A stretch of DNA of 64,000 nt from Candidatus Phycocordibacter aenigmaticus (GTDB lineage: Bacteria; Patescibacteriota; Minisyncoccia; Phycocordibacterales; Phycocordibacteraceae), in NCBI GenBank assembly GCA_045401115.1, contig CP174359.1, positions 50,117 through 114,116 on the forward strand, written 5' to 3'. Position numbers and translations under genes: made by a program. The notes under the pieces are model-generated. The model searched no databases and was not told the DNA's origin. It was given only the letters and a program-made list of their open reading frames with translations. Of the stretch, positions 41,465 to 51,100 are shown in pieces (the stretch's first letter is position 1; each line of letters begins with the position of its first letter).

Positions 41465-44400
41465 AATAACGAATTAATAAATCTTACAGTTTGCTTAATA
41501 AAGCCAATAATTTTATCGTACCACCCTGTTTGCACTACTGCCGCCACTTGTGCACTTTGTGTGTCAGGTGTAGCAGTGCCTAATTCACGCTCAGACTCTA
41601 CGCTCGTTTCTGGAGTCTGCGTAGTGCGTGCAACAGGTTCAGTTTCTACATGCACGATAGGCGCCGGAGCTGGTTCTGGTTCGCTCACCTCAGGCGTTGT
41701 AGTTGCACTGGTGGTGGCAGTTACTACTCCACTCACCACACTGACTGCTGAAGACATTGCAGTTGCACCCACTGAAACTGCTGGCGAGTCCAAACCGCCC
41801 GACACCACACCATCTACTCCATCAGGAGACACTGTCTGGTCAACATTTCCGTCCCCGTCGAGGTCAAGAGCAATATCACTTGAAGCGCCGCCGGTAATGG
41901 TAAACGATGCTTGGGTTGAAGTAGACACTGTAAAGTTTGAATAACTCGATACTATCTTTTGGTTATCACCTGAAAGGGTTTCTACAAACACTGTCACATC
42001 CCCACTGCCAGTGCCACCCATAGCAAATGTATACTCTCCATCATCAGGAAGGATAAGATATTTAGCGTCACCAACTGTGAAATATGAACTGCCAGGGATA
42101 TCGTTCGTGACAGTGAGAATATCAGCATCCGGGTCCTGGCCAGGGGTGATGCCGGTATAGTTTCCGTGCTGATCGGTAACACCAAGTGTGACTGGAGAGT
42201 GAACGTTAACGATTAATCTATCGTCCTCATCATTGGGCTCCCATTTTGTTGCAGAGATATATTCACTCTCTGTTACTGTTTTATTTTTTAAAACATCATA
42301 TATAAGACCCTGGGTCGGATTAACACTAACAACATCTTTATGGTCTGTGTCTTTGTGGCTCTCGCTATATAATTTTAAATTAAAATAATATTTCTCCTCT
42401 CCACTACTCACTGCACTTGGATATACTACCGCCCCATCGCCCTCCGTAGTAAAGAGTGCTCTATAAATATTGTTAGCGCGCTCTCCATCACTATCCCCCT
42501 CTTTGTTGAAGTGGTAAGTAATACCTTTAATGGTTGGAAGACCCCAGCCTGCAACCTGCACTACCCGTATGGAACTTGGGAAATTAAAACTGTCATACTC
42601 CCGATGCCAGTCTCGTGCTTTAGTGACCAAACCTGTTTCGAGCACTTCCGGAACCTTATATTTTTTGTCATTTGGAGCACGTGGTATAAATGCTGCTGTT
42701 AGAAAATTACTCATATCAAGGAAACTGGTAGTGGTGTCGCCATACGTCGACCACCACTTTCCAAGCATTCTTGAAGCTTCGCGTTCGGTTTCAGGCTGTA
42801 CAAAAACGATGACAGGGTCAAGCACTTTTTCGAAATATTTCTCTGACGGTAAAAGATGGTGAGACACATCTATCGTTTTCCCCAGTCGTCGTGCGTCTCG
42901 TTTTGAGATTAAAGTAATAAACCCTCCTGCTACCGTAATTTCAGAGCCCTCACCATGCAATAACCCTGTCATCGCCCGCGGTGTCCCGAGTTGTGGCGAA
43001 GCAACCATAACAAAATTATCAACCAAGCCTTCTTTTCCTTCATCAATTAAACGTTTAATAAGCGCCTTGCCTACCAAGCCGCCGTACGAATGCATCACCA
43101 TCGTTACCTTCCCAGTGCGCGATTCCTCGGCAAGCGCTTCTATACGCTCCACAAAGTCAATCACTCCTTCGGTGGTTGTGGCACCATGCTCGGCAATATA
43201 GTCCGGCGCGTAGCGCCAGTCGTACGCTAATGGCTCCCATGCAGTAATAGCTGAAGCGGTTTGCTCGCTACTCGTCGCAGTGAGCGTATTCATAAAGTCA
43301 GTGAAGGGTTGATAAATAGGCTTAAGAGAGAAATTATTTAAAACACCATCAACCACCACATTATCTGTCACCGGCTCACCGGTTTCATCAAACACCAGCT
43401 TTGCAAAATATCCATCAGCTTGATGTAATGCAGTTGGCCATAATGTATTTCCCCCGCTCTTCAACCTACTCCCCTGCAACCCCGGCAAAAACACTACCGA
43501 AGAACAACACACCTCTCCTTCATTCTCCTCACCTTCCCCTTCTTCACCACCATCATCACTAATCGGCGGTGGCGCAAACGGGTCATACGAAAGCCAGTTA
43601 CTAAATTCCACCAACCCAACCGCAGCCACGCCGCCTCCGTCAGGATTAGACGAATGTTGAGGTCCACTCACACTACCCCACCAGTTACGCACCGCATCAA
43701 ATGTTTTTGAAGAATGGTTATGAATGGCGGTTGCCAACGAACTATAGAAAGCACTCCTGGTAATACTGAAACTGTCGCCACCAAACACCCGCACCGCTGG
43801 CCCACTTCCCTTAAACTGCGCACGCGACACGGTCGTCGTGCCCCGCTCCTGCACAATAACGCCCGAGTTTTTAAAGTCTGAAAACTCCGCATACTCAACC
43901 GTCGCCTCCCCACCCCGATTCGTTAAAAATGCGTGCGAGTTACAAAAACCAAATGCACATGAGAAATTCTTTCCAAAGTACCGCGCAGTGATATTCCCTA
44001 AGGAAACCGTCCCGCCTTCCGAAACCCGAATACCATACACCATATCCCCGGCCTGCGGCGTGGTACTGGCGCCATCATTATCTGTGTCCCCCAACACCGT
44101 ATCGTCACGCAACGAGGTAAAGATTACTTTTTCAACACCTTCCGCAGCATCTCCCACCACCAAACGCGCGCCACCACTTACCGAAAAAAGAACATCATTA
44201 TCAGTCTCAGATAACCCCTTCACCACCACCCCTGGGTCAATGGTAAACAACGTGTCGTCCTTTAAAGAGACATTATGTATATGATACGGAACACCATCTT
44301 TAACGAGTCGGTATGAGTCACCGTCCCACAGCGGTCCGGAAATAAACACAGACCCATCCCCGGTATTCCCACCGGTATTGGTAAACATAAGCGAATCTTC

Positions 44401-45906
44401 CGTCTCAGGATCAAAATGAAAACTGGAACTGCTCAACGTATTATTCCCAAACTCAACCTCTCCATTCGTCGCCAAAAGTGCTCGCTTCACTCCGGAAAAT
44501 GTACTGCTCGCAATCACTGCACTCCCGCCCAGCACCGCAAACCCTACATCACCCCCACGCACCGTACTACTTGCCACACTCAACGAACCACCATACAAAC
44601 GCACAAATCCTGAATCGGTTGTAGTTGCCACGCTCACATTCTCTAGTGTCACAACGCCATCAGCAATATACAACGCCGGGCCCGTGCAAGAATCATGCGT
44701 ACATGTTTTTACCGCACCCCCATACCGCACATCCGTGTTATACACACGCACCGTACTGTCATCACTGACGAGTATCTTACTCCAATCACCTTGACTCGGC
44801 GTCGTAGCGCTTCCATTCTCGTTACTGTCGCCACCAACCGAATCATCATACAGCGAGGTAATAGTAACTGGCGTCCCCGTCGCCGTTCCCACTGTAATTG
44901 CTCCACCATTTTTCACCTGCACCGGACGCTCGCCATACAACTTCACCACGGTCCCCGGCCGCACCACTACATGCGCACCGGAAACAATCATATTCTTTAA
45001 AATATATACCTCCCCGTCCCCGCCCACCGTCATATCAACATCAATCACTCCCGACAATGCACCTCTATCCACCAACTCCTCCTCAGACAGATCACCAAAT
45101 ATAAACACATCTGGCGAAACCTTTTCTACCGCCTCCTCCCCTGTAGCATAGTCATAGTAGCGAACCGCTGCTTTATAGTACCCTGGCGCTACCGCGCCAC
45201 CGTTAGAAGAAGCGCCATCCCATGTTTTTGAAAAAGCTGACGTAGTTGCGTTTTGCGAAAAGAATTTAACATCCGTACTCCCGTCACACGTTGTCACTAC
45301 TTCCGGGCATATGTATAAACGAGTAAAGTAAAACTCCTGCGGAGCTTCCACACCAATCGTAATCTCTCCCTCTCCAGATAAATCTTCAAACGAAAACATA
45401 AACTCAGACGGCGTCGTAGTCGCCCCGCCACCAGAACCATCATCCTCCACACCTTCACCGCCCTCACCGTCTCCATCTCCGCCACCATCAGACCCCTGCA
45501 CCGAAATCGTATACGCTCCCACTTCCTCAACAGCATCCTCCTCTACCTCATAACGATAATAGCGAGAAACCACTGTATACACTCCTTCCTCAACCTCTTC
45601 ATCATCTGCATCAGTGCCATCCCACTCCCGAGACGCACTCGTACTGGTTGCGTTAATATCAAAACGCTTCACATAGCTACTCCCGTCACAGACCTCAGCC
45701 TCAAAACTACAAATATACAACCGCGTAAAACGCACCTCGGTGGGTGCAGTAACACTAATAGTCATCGGTTCCCCTCCCTGCACAAAAGAAACATTCTCGG
45801 CCACTCCATCAAAACTAACACCTGTATAGCTGCTGCCCTCGGCAAACACCGCACCCGGCACTATAAAAAACAGCAAAACTACCACGGTGTATCGTAAACA
45901 CCTCAT
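41461..45906 (-). CDS. Giant (1481 aa) secreted/surface protein, paralogue of ORF 32836..37419: signal peptide, FlgD-Ig-like domains, beta-helix, LCAT-like alpha/beta-hydrolase with intact Ser nucleophile, Ig-like domain, Thr/Pro-rich C-terminus
   Basis: Same domain order as the other giant ORF: INATSTSASREWDGTDADDEE...GVYTVVSRYY; a beta-helix with NWWGSVSGP; CCSSVVFLPGLQGS...EPLAYDWRY...VTMVMHSYGGLV (elbow x-H-S-Y-G); and a C-terminal Ig-like domain. Confidence 0.75.
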   Translation of the reverse strand: MRCLRYTVVVLLFFIVPGAVFAEGSSYTGVSFDGVAENVSFVQGGEPMTISVTAPTEVRFTRLYICSFEAEVCDGSSYVKRFDINATSTSASREWDGTDADDEEVEEGVYTVVSRYYRYEVEEDAVEEVGAYTISVQGSDGGGDGDGEGGEGVEDDGSGGGATTTPSEFMFSFEDLSGEGEITIGVEAPQEFYFTRLYICPEVVTTCDGSTDVKFFSQNATTSAFSKTWDGASSNGGAVAPGYYKAAVRYYDYATGEEAVEKVSPDVFIFGDLSEEELVDRGALSGVIDVDMTVGGDGEVYILKNMIVSGAHVVVRPGTVVKLYGERPVQVKNGGAITVGTATGTPVTITSLYDDSVGGDSNENGSATTPSQGDWSKILVSDDSTVRVYNTDVRYGGAVKTCTHDSCTGPALYIADGVVTLENVSVATTTDSGFVRLYGGSLSVASSTVRGGDVGFAVLGGSAVIASSTFSGVKRALLATNGEVEFGNNTLSSSSFHFDPETEDSLMFTNTGGNTGDGSVFISGPLWDGDSYRLVKDGVPYHIHNVSLKDDTLFTIDPGVVVKGLSETDNDVLFSVSGGARLVVGDAAEGVEKVIFTSLRDDTVLGDTDNDGASTTPQAGDMVYGIRVSEGGTVSLGNITARYFGKNFSCAFGFCNSHAFLTNRGGEATVEYAEFSDFKNSGVIVQERGTTTVSRAQFKGSGPAVRVFGGDSFSITRSAFYSSLATAIHNHSSKTFDAVRNWWGSVSGPQHSSNPDGGGVAAVGLVEFSNWLSYDPFAPPPISDDGGEEGEGEENEGEVCCSSVVFLPGLQGSRLKSGGNTLWPTALHQADGYFAKLVFDETGEPVTDNVVVDGVLNNFSLKPIYQPFTDFMNTLTATSSEQTASAITAWEPLAYDWRYAPDYIAEHGATTTEGVIDFVERIEALAEESRTGKVTMVMHSYGGLVGKALIKRLIDEGKEGLVDNFVMVASPQLGTPRAMTGLLHGEGSEITVAGGFITLISKRDARRLGKTIDVSHHLLPSEKYFEKVLDPVIVFVQPETEREASRMLGKWWSTYGDTTTSFLDMSNFLTAAFIPRAPNDKKYKVPEVLETGLVTKARDWHREYDSFNFPSSIRVVQVAGWGLPTIKGITYHFNKEGDSDGERANNIYRALFTTEGDGAVVYPSAVSSGEEKYYFNLKLYSESHKDTDHKDVVSVNPTQGLIYDVLKNKTVTESEYISATKWEPNDEDDRLIVNVHSPVTLGVTDQHGNYTGITPGQDPDADILTVTNDIPGSSYFTVGDAKYLILPDDGEYTFAMGGTGSGDVTVFVETLSGDNQKIVSSYSNFTVSTSTQASFTITGGASSDIALDLDGDGNVDQTVSPDGVDGVVSGGLDSPAVSVGATAMSSAVSVVSGVVTATTSATTTPEVSEPEPAPAPIVHVETEPVARTTQTPETSVESERELGTATPDTQSAQVAAVVQTGWYDKIIGFIKQTVRFINSLF

Positions 45907-45974
45907 ACTTTCACCAAACCACTAAAATAACCGCGCTGCCACCGCAAAACTAATTTCTGTGGAAAACTCCCCAT

Positions 45975-46010
45975 CAAAAAAATATAAAGGACAGTCCTTT
46001 ATATTTTTTT
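45975..46010. terminator. Perfect hairpin aaaaaaatataaaggac-a-gtcctttatattttttt between the RAYT-like gene and the giant ORF start
   Basis: 17-bp arms. A second copy of the core atataaaggacNgtcctttatat lies inside the RAYT-like CDS at 46561-46583. Confidence 0.5.
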
Positions 46011-46012
46011 GA

Positions 46013-46738
46013 TTATCCTTTTTTTGAGCCAAGGTACCTAAGCTCTTGTGTATATTCAAAATGTGAAACTACTCCCACAAGATGTTTAACATCATCAAAA
46101 GAAGGAACATCCTCCTCAAGTTCCTTCAGTGCATCAAAATTAATAATGACCCGCTCCGGTCGCACCCTCCCTGCCCCTATATCAGGGAAACTCGCATGCG
46201 CGTAATTCGTAAGAAAAGAAACAGCATCACTCGGCAATGCTTCAAAACCGTCCTCTTTCCAGTTCGGCGCATGCAGATCAAGCGGATTAAGCGCGACATA
46301 CGCAAAGAGCCACCGCAGATAATCACCACTCTCTACGTGCCTACTCTTAAAAGGTCCTTGAAACACCGTTCCGGAATGCTCATGCTTTTTATTGAAATAC
46401 ATAGAATACCCCGTCGAAACCTTTTTCATAAAGCGTGAAATCCCCTCTTCGGCCTTTTGCCGGAGAATCAAATGGAAATGATTCGGCATCAACGCGTACC
46501 CCAAAACATCTACCAACCCCTGACCCACCTCCTCTTTTTCAAAAATTGATATAAAGGACTGTCCTTTATATTTATTGAGAAGATTTGCCGTGTGCATCTC
46601 CCTTTCGGTATTAGCAAGAAATAAAAGCAATTTAAAACGAAAATAATCTCTCTCATCGAGAAAGACCTCGGCCTTATGCGCGCCGCGATTATAGACGTGA
46701 TACACCTCATCAGCTACCAGTGGTGTTTCCCTCTGCAT
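46013..46738 (-). CDS. IS200/IS605-family HUH tyrosine (Y1) transposase, REP-associated (RAYT)-like
   Basis: N-terminal VYHVYNRG, HUH motif MPNHFHLIL and catalytic-Tyr motif AYVALNPL (Y-x3-NP). Flanked 60 bp upstream by a GTAG-initiated REP pair. Confidence 0.6.
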   Translation of the reverse strand: MQRETPLVADEVYHVYNRGAHKAEVFLDERDYFRFKLLLFLANTEREMHTANLLNKYKGQSFISIFEKEEVGQGLVDVLGYALMPNHFHLILRQKAEEGISRFMKKVSTGYSMYFNKKHEHSGTVFQGPFKSRHVESGDYLRWLFAYVALNPLDLHAPNWKEDGFEALPSDAVSFLTNYAHASFPDIGAGRVRPERVIINFDALKELEEDVPSFDDVKHLVGVVSHFEYTQELRYLGSKKG

Positions 46739-46797
46739 ATACTATGTGTACCAAAATCCACACCTCCATCCACATACTTATCCCCACTTCTTCTTTG

Positions 46798-46878
46798 TAG
46801 CAAGGACCGACCTCGCTACAACTGATTCACATCACATTACTCCACCCTAAAACAAAATAGCGAGGTCGGTCCTCGCTA
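46798..46878. repeat. REP/BIME-like element (second full copy), immediately 5' of the RAYT-like gene
   Basis: tGTAGcaaggaccgacctcgctaca-spacer-atagcgaggtcggtcctcgcta, homologous to 40788-40870. Confidence 0.7.
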
Positions 46879-46930
46879 TTTTAAATGGGAAAATAGATGG
46901 TAGCGCCAAAGAAAGGCTTGCAATTCACAC

Positions 46931-47137
46931 TTATGGAGTGCCGGCTGTGTTGGATTCGTCAGATGCCTGAGAAGACGTTACTTCTACCTCACCATCCCCC
47001 ACTTGGTTGGCAATCAATGCAAGTGTACTGAAAGAAACTGCCAAAATAACTACAAACCCCAGAAGATACAAAAAGAAATTTGGATATGTTCTCTTTTTTG
47101 CGACAGTCAGTTTACTCACTTTCTCTTTTACTTTCAT
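46931..47137 (-). CDS. Hypothetical small membrane protein
   Basis: 68 aa with a central TM (FFLYLLGFVVILAVSFSTLALIA). Confidence 0.3.
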   Translation of the reverse strand: MKVKEKVSKLTVAKKRTYPNFFLYLLGFVVILAVSFSTLALIANQVGDGEVEVTSSQASDESNTAGTP

Positions 47138-47176
47138 GATTGTTATGTACTATACTTCACCCTTTCCTTTGAAGTA

Positions 47177-47966
47177 TCAATTCAACCGCTCAAGCTCTAC
47201 CCCAAACTCTTTTATCAGAGCGACGTCTCCTTCATCACGCGCTTTGTTTAACCCTTCGGTGAACGTGGTACGTGCCTTTTCAGTGTTTCCAGTAGCGCTG
47301 TAGTAAGCGCCGAGTGAAAAGTAAAGTCTCACATTCTCCGGAAATGCCGCCATCGCATCCTCTAGAATATCCACTGCTGCGGTAGTTTCAGTCTTATACG
47401 AGTACCGATACAAGTTATGTAACTCAAGGTATGGAGTCAGTGAGTTAGGATCAATACTCATTGATTTTCGGAAATACTCTTCCGATTTTGGATAATCTTT
47501 TAAGTCATAGTGGTACAACTTTCCAAGATTATCAAAAGCCACTGTGTCATTGGGGAGTACTTTGGTAAGAAATTCCCACACCTCACGAGAACCTTCATAA
47601 TCATTCGCTGCGTGATACAGCAAACCAAGCTCAAGCCAATCCGCACCAGAATTTGGATCCTCGCGCAGATTCTCCTGTGCAGTGACCACTTTGGTCTTAA
47701 TTATTTCACGAACATCCTCAGGGATATTTGCTGAAAATTGTACTGAACGAGAAAGACTAGGGAGTATGTCCTCATCTTTAGAAAGCACTTCAATAGAGTA
47801 TCCAGGTGTACTCGTACTATTCTCTTCCACATCCAATACCACATTCGTATTGTGCTCCTCTGTTTTTTTCACCTCCTCGTCAGCAAAAAACTGACTATAC
47901 ACAAAAAATCCTCCCACTCCCACAATGATAATAAGTGAACCAATAATCACCGGTATTTGTTTCATA
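47177..47966 (-). CDS. Membrane-anchored tetratricopeptide-repeat protein
   Basis: N-terminal TM (IPVIIGSLIIIVGVGGFFVY) followed by several TPR-like W/LG/Y/A/F/A/P repeats (WLELGLLYHAANDYEGS; AFDNLGKLYH; YFSLGAYYSATGN). Start taken at the internal Met. Confidence 0.6.
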
Positions 47967-47994
47967 TTCCCTATTATAACGCGCGGCGACCTAT

Positions 47995-48032
47995 AAAAAA
48001 ACACCCCACCAGCTTCGCTGGCGGGGTGTTTT
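47995..48032. terminator. Terminator hairpin after the third giant ORF; second hairpin at 48082-48110
   Basis: acaccccaccagc-ttcg-ctggcggggtgt and aaaacccccgc-cgaa-gcgggggttttt, both with T tracts. Confidence 0.6.
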
Positions 48033-48145
48033 CTCTTTCTCTCCCCTCATCGTTAGCAATCACTAACGCAATTCCCAAAACAAAAACCCCCGCCGAAGCG
48101 GGGGTTTTTGTTGAGTCTCTCTAAAGAGTATTCACGAATGAATGA

Positions 48146-51100
48146 CTATTTAGAAAGGGTCTCTGCTGATGTACCGTTTGAAGGTAGACCAGGAAGGAAG
48201 TAACCGTTTGTCCAGTCAACATGTGCTGCTGCTGAAGTTGTGGTTGCGTTCGGTGACCAAATGAAGTCATCATTTGCGTCATCGTCAACCGCGGTTTCTT
48301 TGCCCATAAGTCCAGCCTGAGCTGGGTATGCGGCATCACCTGAGAGACGTGTGGTTACTGAACCTGAGAAGGTACCAGTACCAGAAGTCAATGTGGTGTC
48401 ACCCAATACTTCGAAGTAGTAGGTTTGACCTGCTGGAATCTGCAAGATTGATGACAACGCTTGTGTGTTGTCGCCAGAACTTACAAGACCTGCAAGTGTC
48501 GGTGTAACCTGACCATTTGTGTAGCCAGACACTGGTGACGAGAAGTTCACGTCAGTGTATGCGTACACCTCAAGGTTCGTAACGGTTGTTGTACCTGATA
48601 CTGATGAACCTGTTGATGTCGCTACATTCACTGTCAACTCACTCAATCCGATACCATTTCCACCCGCTGATGCGGTAACTGAGAAGCGGTAAAGCGTAAC
48701 ATCAGAACCAGTTGTCAATGCGCTTGACGGTACTGAGAGTTTCGCAAGGGTTGGGTAAGATGAGAACACACGAACACCAGAGAATGATGTTGAGCCTGAT
48801 GCGTTGATGGTTGTACCAGATGAACCTACACCTTGGGTGTTGGTGCCATTGGTGTCAATATCAACTGCGATCAGAGCACCCTGTGTACCTACAGCTGAAG
48901 TGCCGATAGGTGCAAGGTCAGTCTTCACAGTGATGTCCTTGTCAGTGTCTTTAGCAATCACTACTGGAGTGCTCAAGGTTGATGTTGCGTAGTCACTGTT
49001 ACCAGTGAAGTATGCTTCACCCACCTTAGTTGCACCGTCCCAGAGGCTTACTTTCGTGATATCAGATCCAGATGACGAAGCAGTGTTGGTCAACTGAAGA
49101 CCAATGCGCTGCAATGTTACATCTTCGTTTGATGCACGGAAGTTGATGATACCGTTTGTTACTTCGGTAGCACCAGCCTTTGTAATAGCGTATGAAGGGC
49201 TTGAAGCATCTTCAGACGCTACGAGTGAACCAGCTGCAACAGTCATAGTCTGACCTGCTGAAGCAGTTACGCTCTCAGTAACAGAAGTACTTGATTGAGT
49301 ACCAGTAACTGAGATGTTTCCTGCAACATCGTTGATACCCCATGACGCAGTGTCGTTGTTAGACACTGAGCTTGAGACGTTACATTTAAGAGCAAGTGTC
49401 TTAACTGTTCCTTTAGCAACGGTCAATGATTCGTCGAAAGTAAACGTTACATCAGAACCAGTTGTAACTGATGATGCTGGGTTTACTACGTTTGAACCAG
49501 TGTTCAATGCAGTTGAACCGTCAAAGAGCTGACAGCTTGAAAGCTCATTAGCGGCCATGTTAGCGAAGTTAAGCTCACCCTTCATTGAAGAGAAGCGAAC
49601 ATCCTCACCAGACTGCGTTGCGTCAAACTGGTAGTTTGCGAACGTGAATCCTTGAACACCTGCAACGATGTTCTGTGCTACTGGGCTTGAAGACACGGTA
49701 ACAGCAAGTGCTGCTGCCTTAACGGTCATAGTGTTCATTGAGAACGCACCGCCAGGAAGCGAGATAGTATCACCGGTGTTGTCACCCTTAGCATTCTGCC
49801 AGTACGTTGAGTTTGGAGTTGTTGAGGCAACAATGGTGTCACCGTTAGCAAAGTCCGTGCCCAATTTACCGCGAATTGTGTACGTGTGCATACCTGTTGG
49901 GAAGGTAATTGCGTCGGTAAAGCGAATGTAACCATCCGTACCAATACCTGAAGCAACACCATCAACAGGACCTGCAACAACTGAGCCGTTCTCATCAACG
50001 AGTGTTACGTTGGTGAGATCTCCTGCATCTTCACCACCAGTGGTGGTAATACCGATGTCAAGACTCTGAACAGTCATTGCTTCACCCTTAAGATCAGTGG
50101 TGAAACCACCAAGTGGCTGGTTAGGAACGTTGATTGCAACATTCTGTGCAGCAACTGAAGTTGCCTTCTGAATGGTGGTTACTGAAGCACCAGTAACTGT
50201 TACCTGGTTACCAAAGATATATGGATTACCAGATGTCTCAGTGGTGTTACTTGTACCATCAGTCAATGATGAAGGATCAGTTGAACCAGCTGCAGGAGAG
50301 ATACCGTAACCGTAGGTTACACCCTCTGCGTAGATGTCAGTGTTCTCATCAACATCGAAGACGATGTTACGACCGCTGGCATTTGAACCAACAATGTCGT
50401 ACTCCACGTATACTTCAACGTTCTGACCTTCTGGAATCAAGATTCCTGAACCAAGAAGTGCAGTGTAATAATTGCCATCAGTTGAAACGGTTGCGGGATA
50501 CGCAACGCCATCAATCATGATGCGTACGTTGTCAATGTCAGAAGCTGATACTGAACCAGTCTGATTGAAGCGTACCATCTTAAGGCGTACATCTTCAGCT
50601 GAACCAGCAGTAAGACGGAAACCGGTTACTCGCTGACCAGTGGTACCAATTTCTTGGCTTACTGGGCTGTTTGCTGCAAACGCACTTGAAGTATCAAGTT
50701 CAAGAGTACCTACCGTCAACGTAGCGTTGATAGTGTGGTATGCACCAGTAATTGGAAGTGAACCTGATACGTTTGCTGAGCTGTTCACTGCAACAAGCGA
50801 GATACCTGGAGCCTCACCAGCGTAGCTAGAAAGGTTTGAAGCCATGTTACCTGCAATCGTAAACGTTCGAGACTGACCAGCAGGAATCGTTACTGATTCA
50901 CCGATAGTTGCCTGATTGTTTGAGTTGAAGGTTTTAGCTGTTCCAAGTTGTGAACCAGTGTCGTCAACAAGCACAACACCGTCAAATGCAGCGTTTGAGC
51001 CGAGGCCCGTTCGCTTTACCACAACACTGTTCATCTGAACTGCGCCGTCAGTACCGGCAGTAACAGTGAATTTAGTGAATGGAACGCGTGATGCGCTCTG

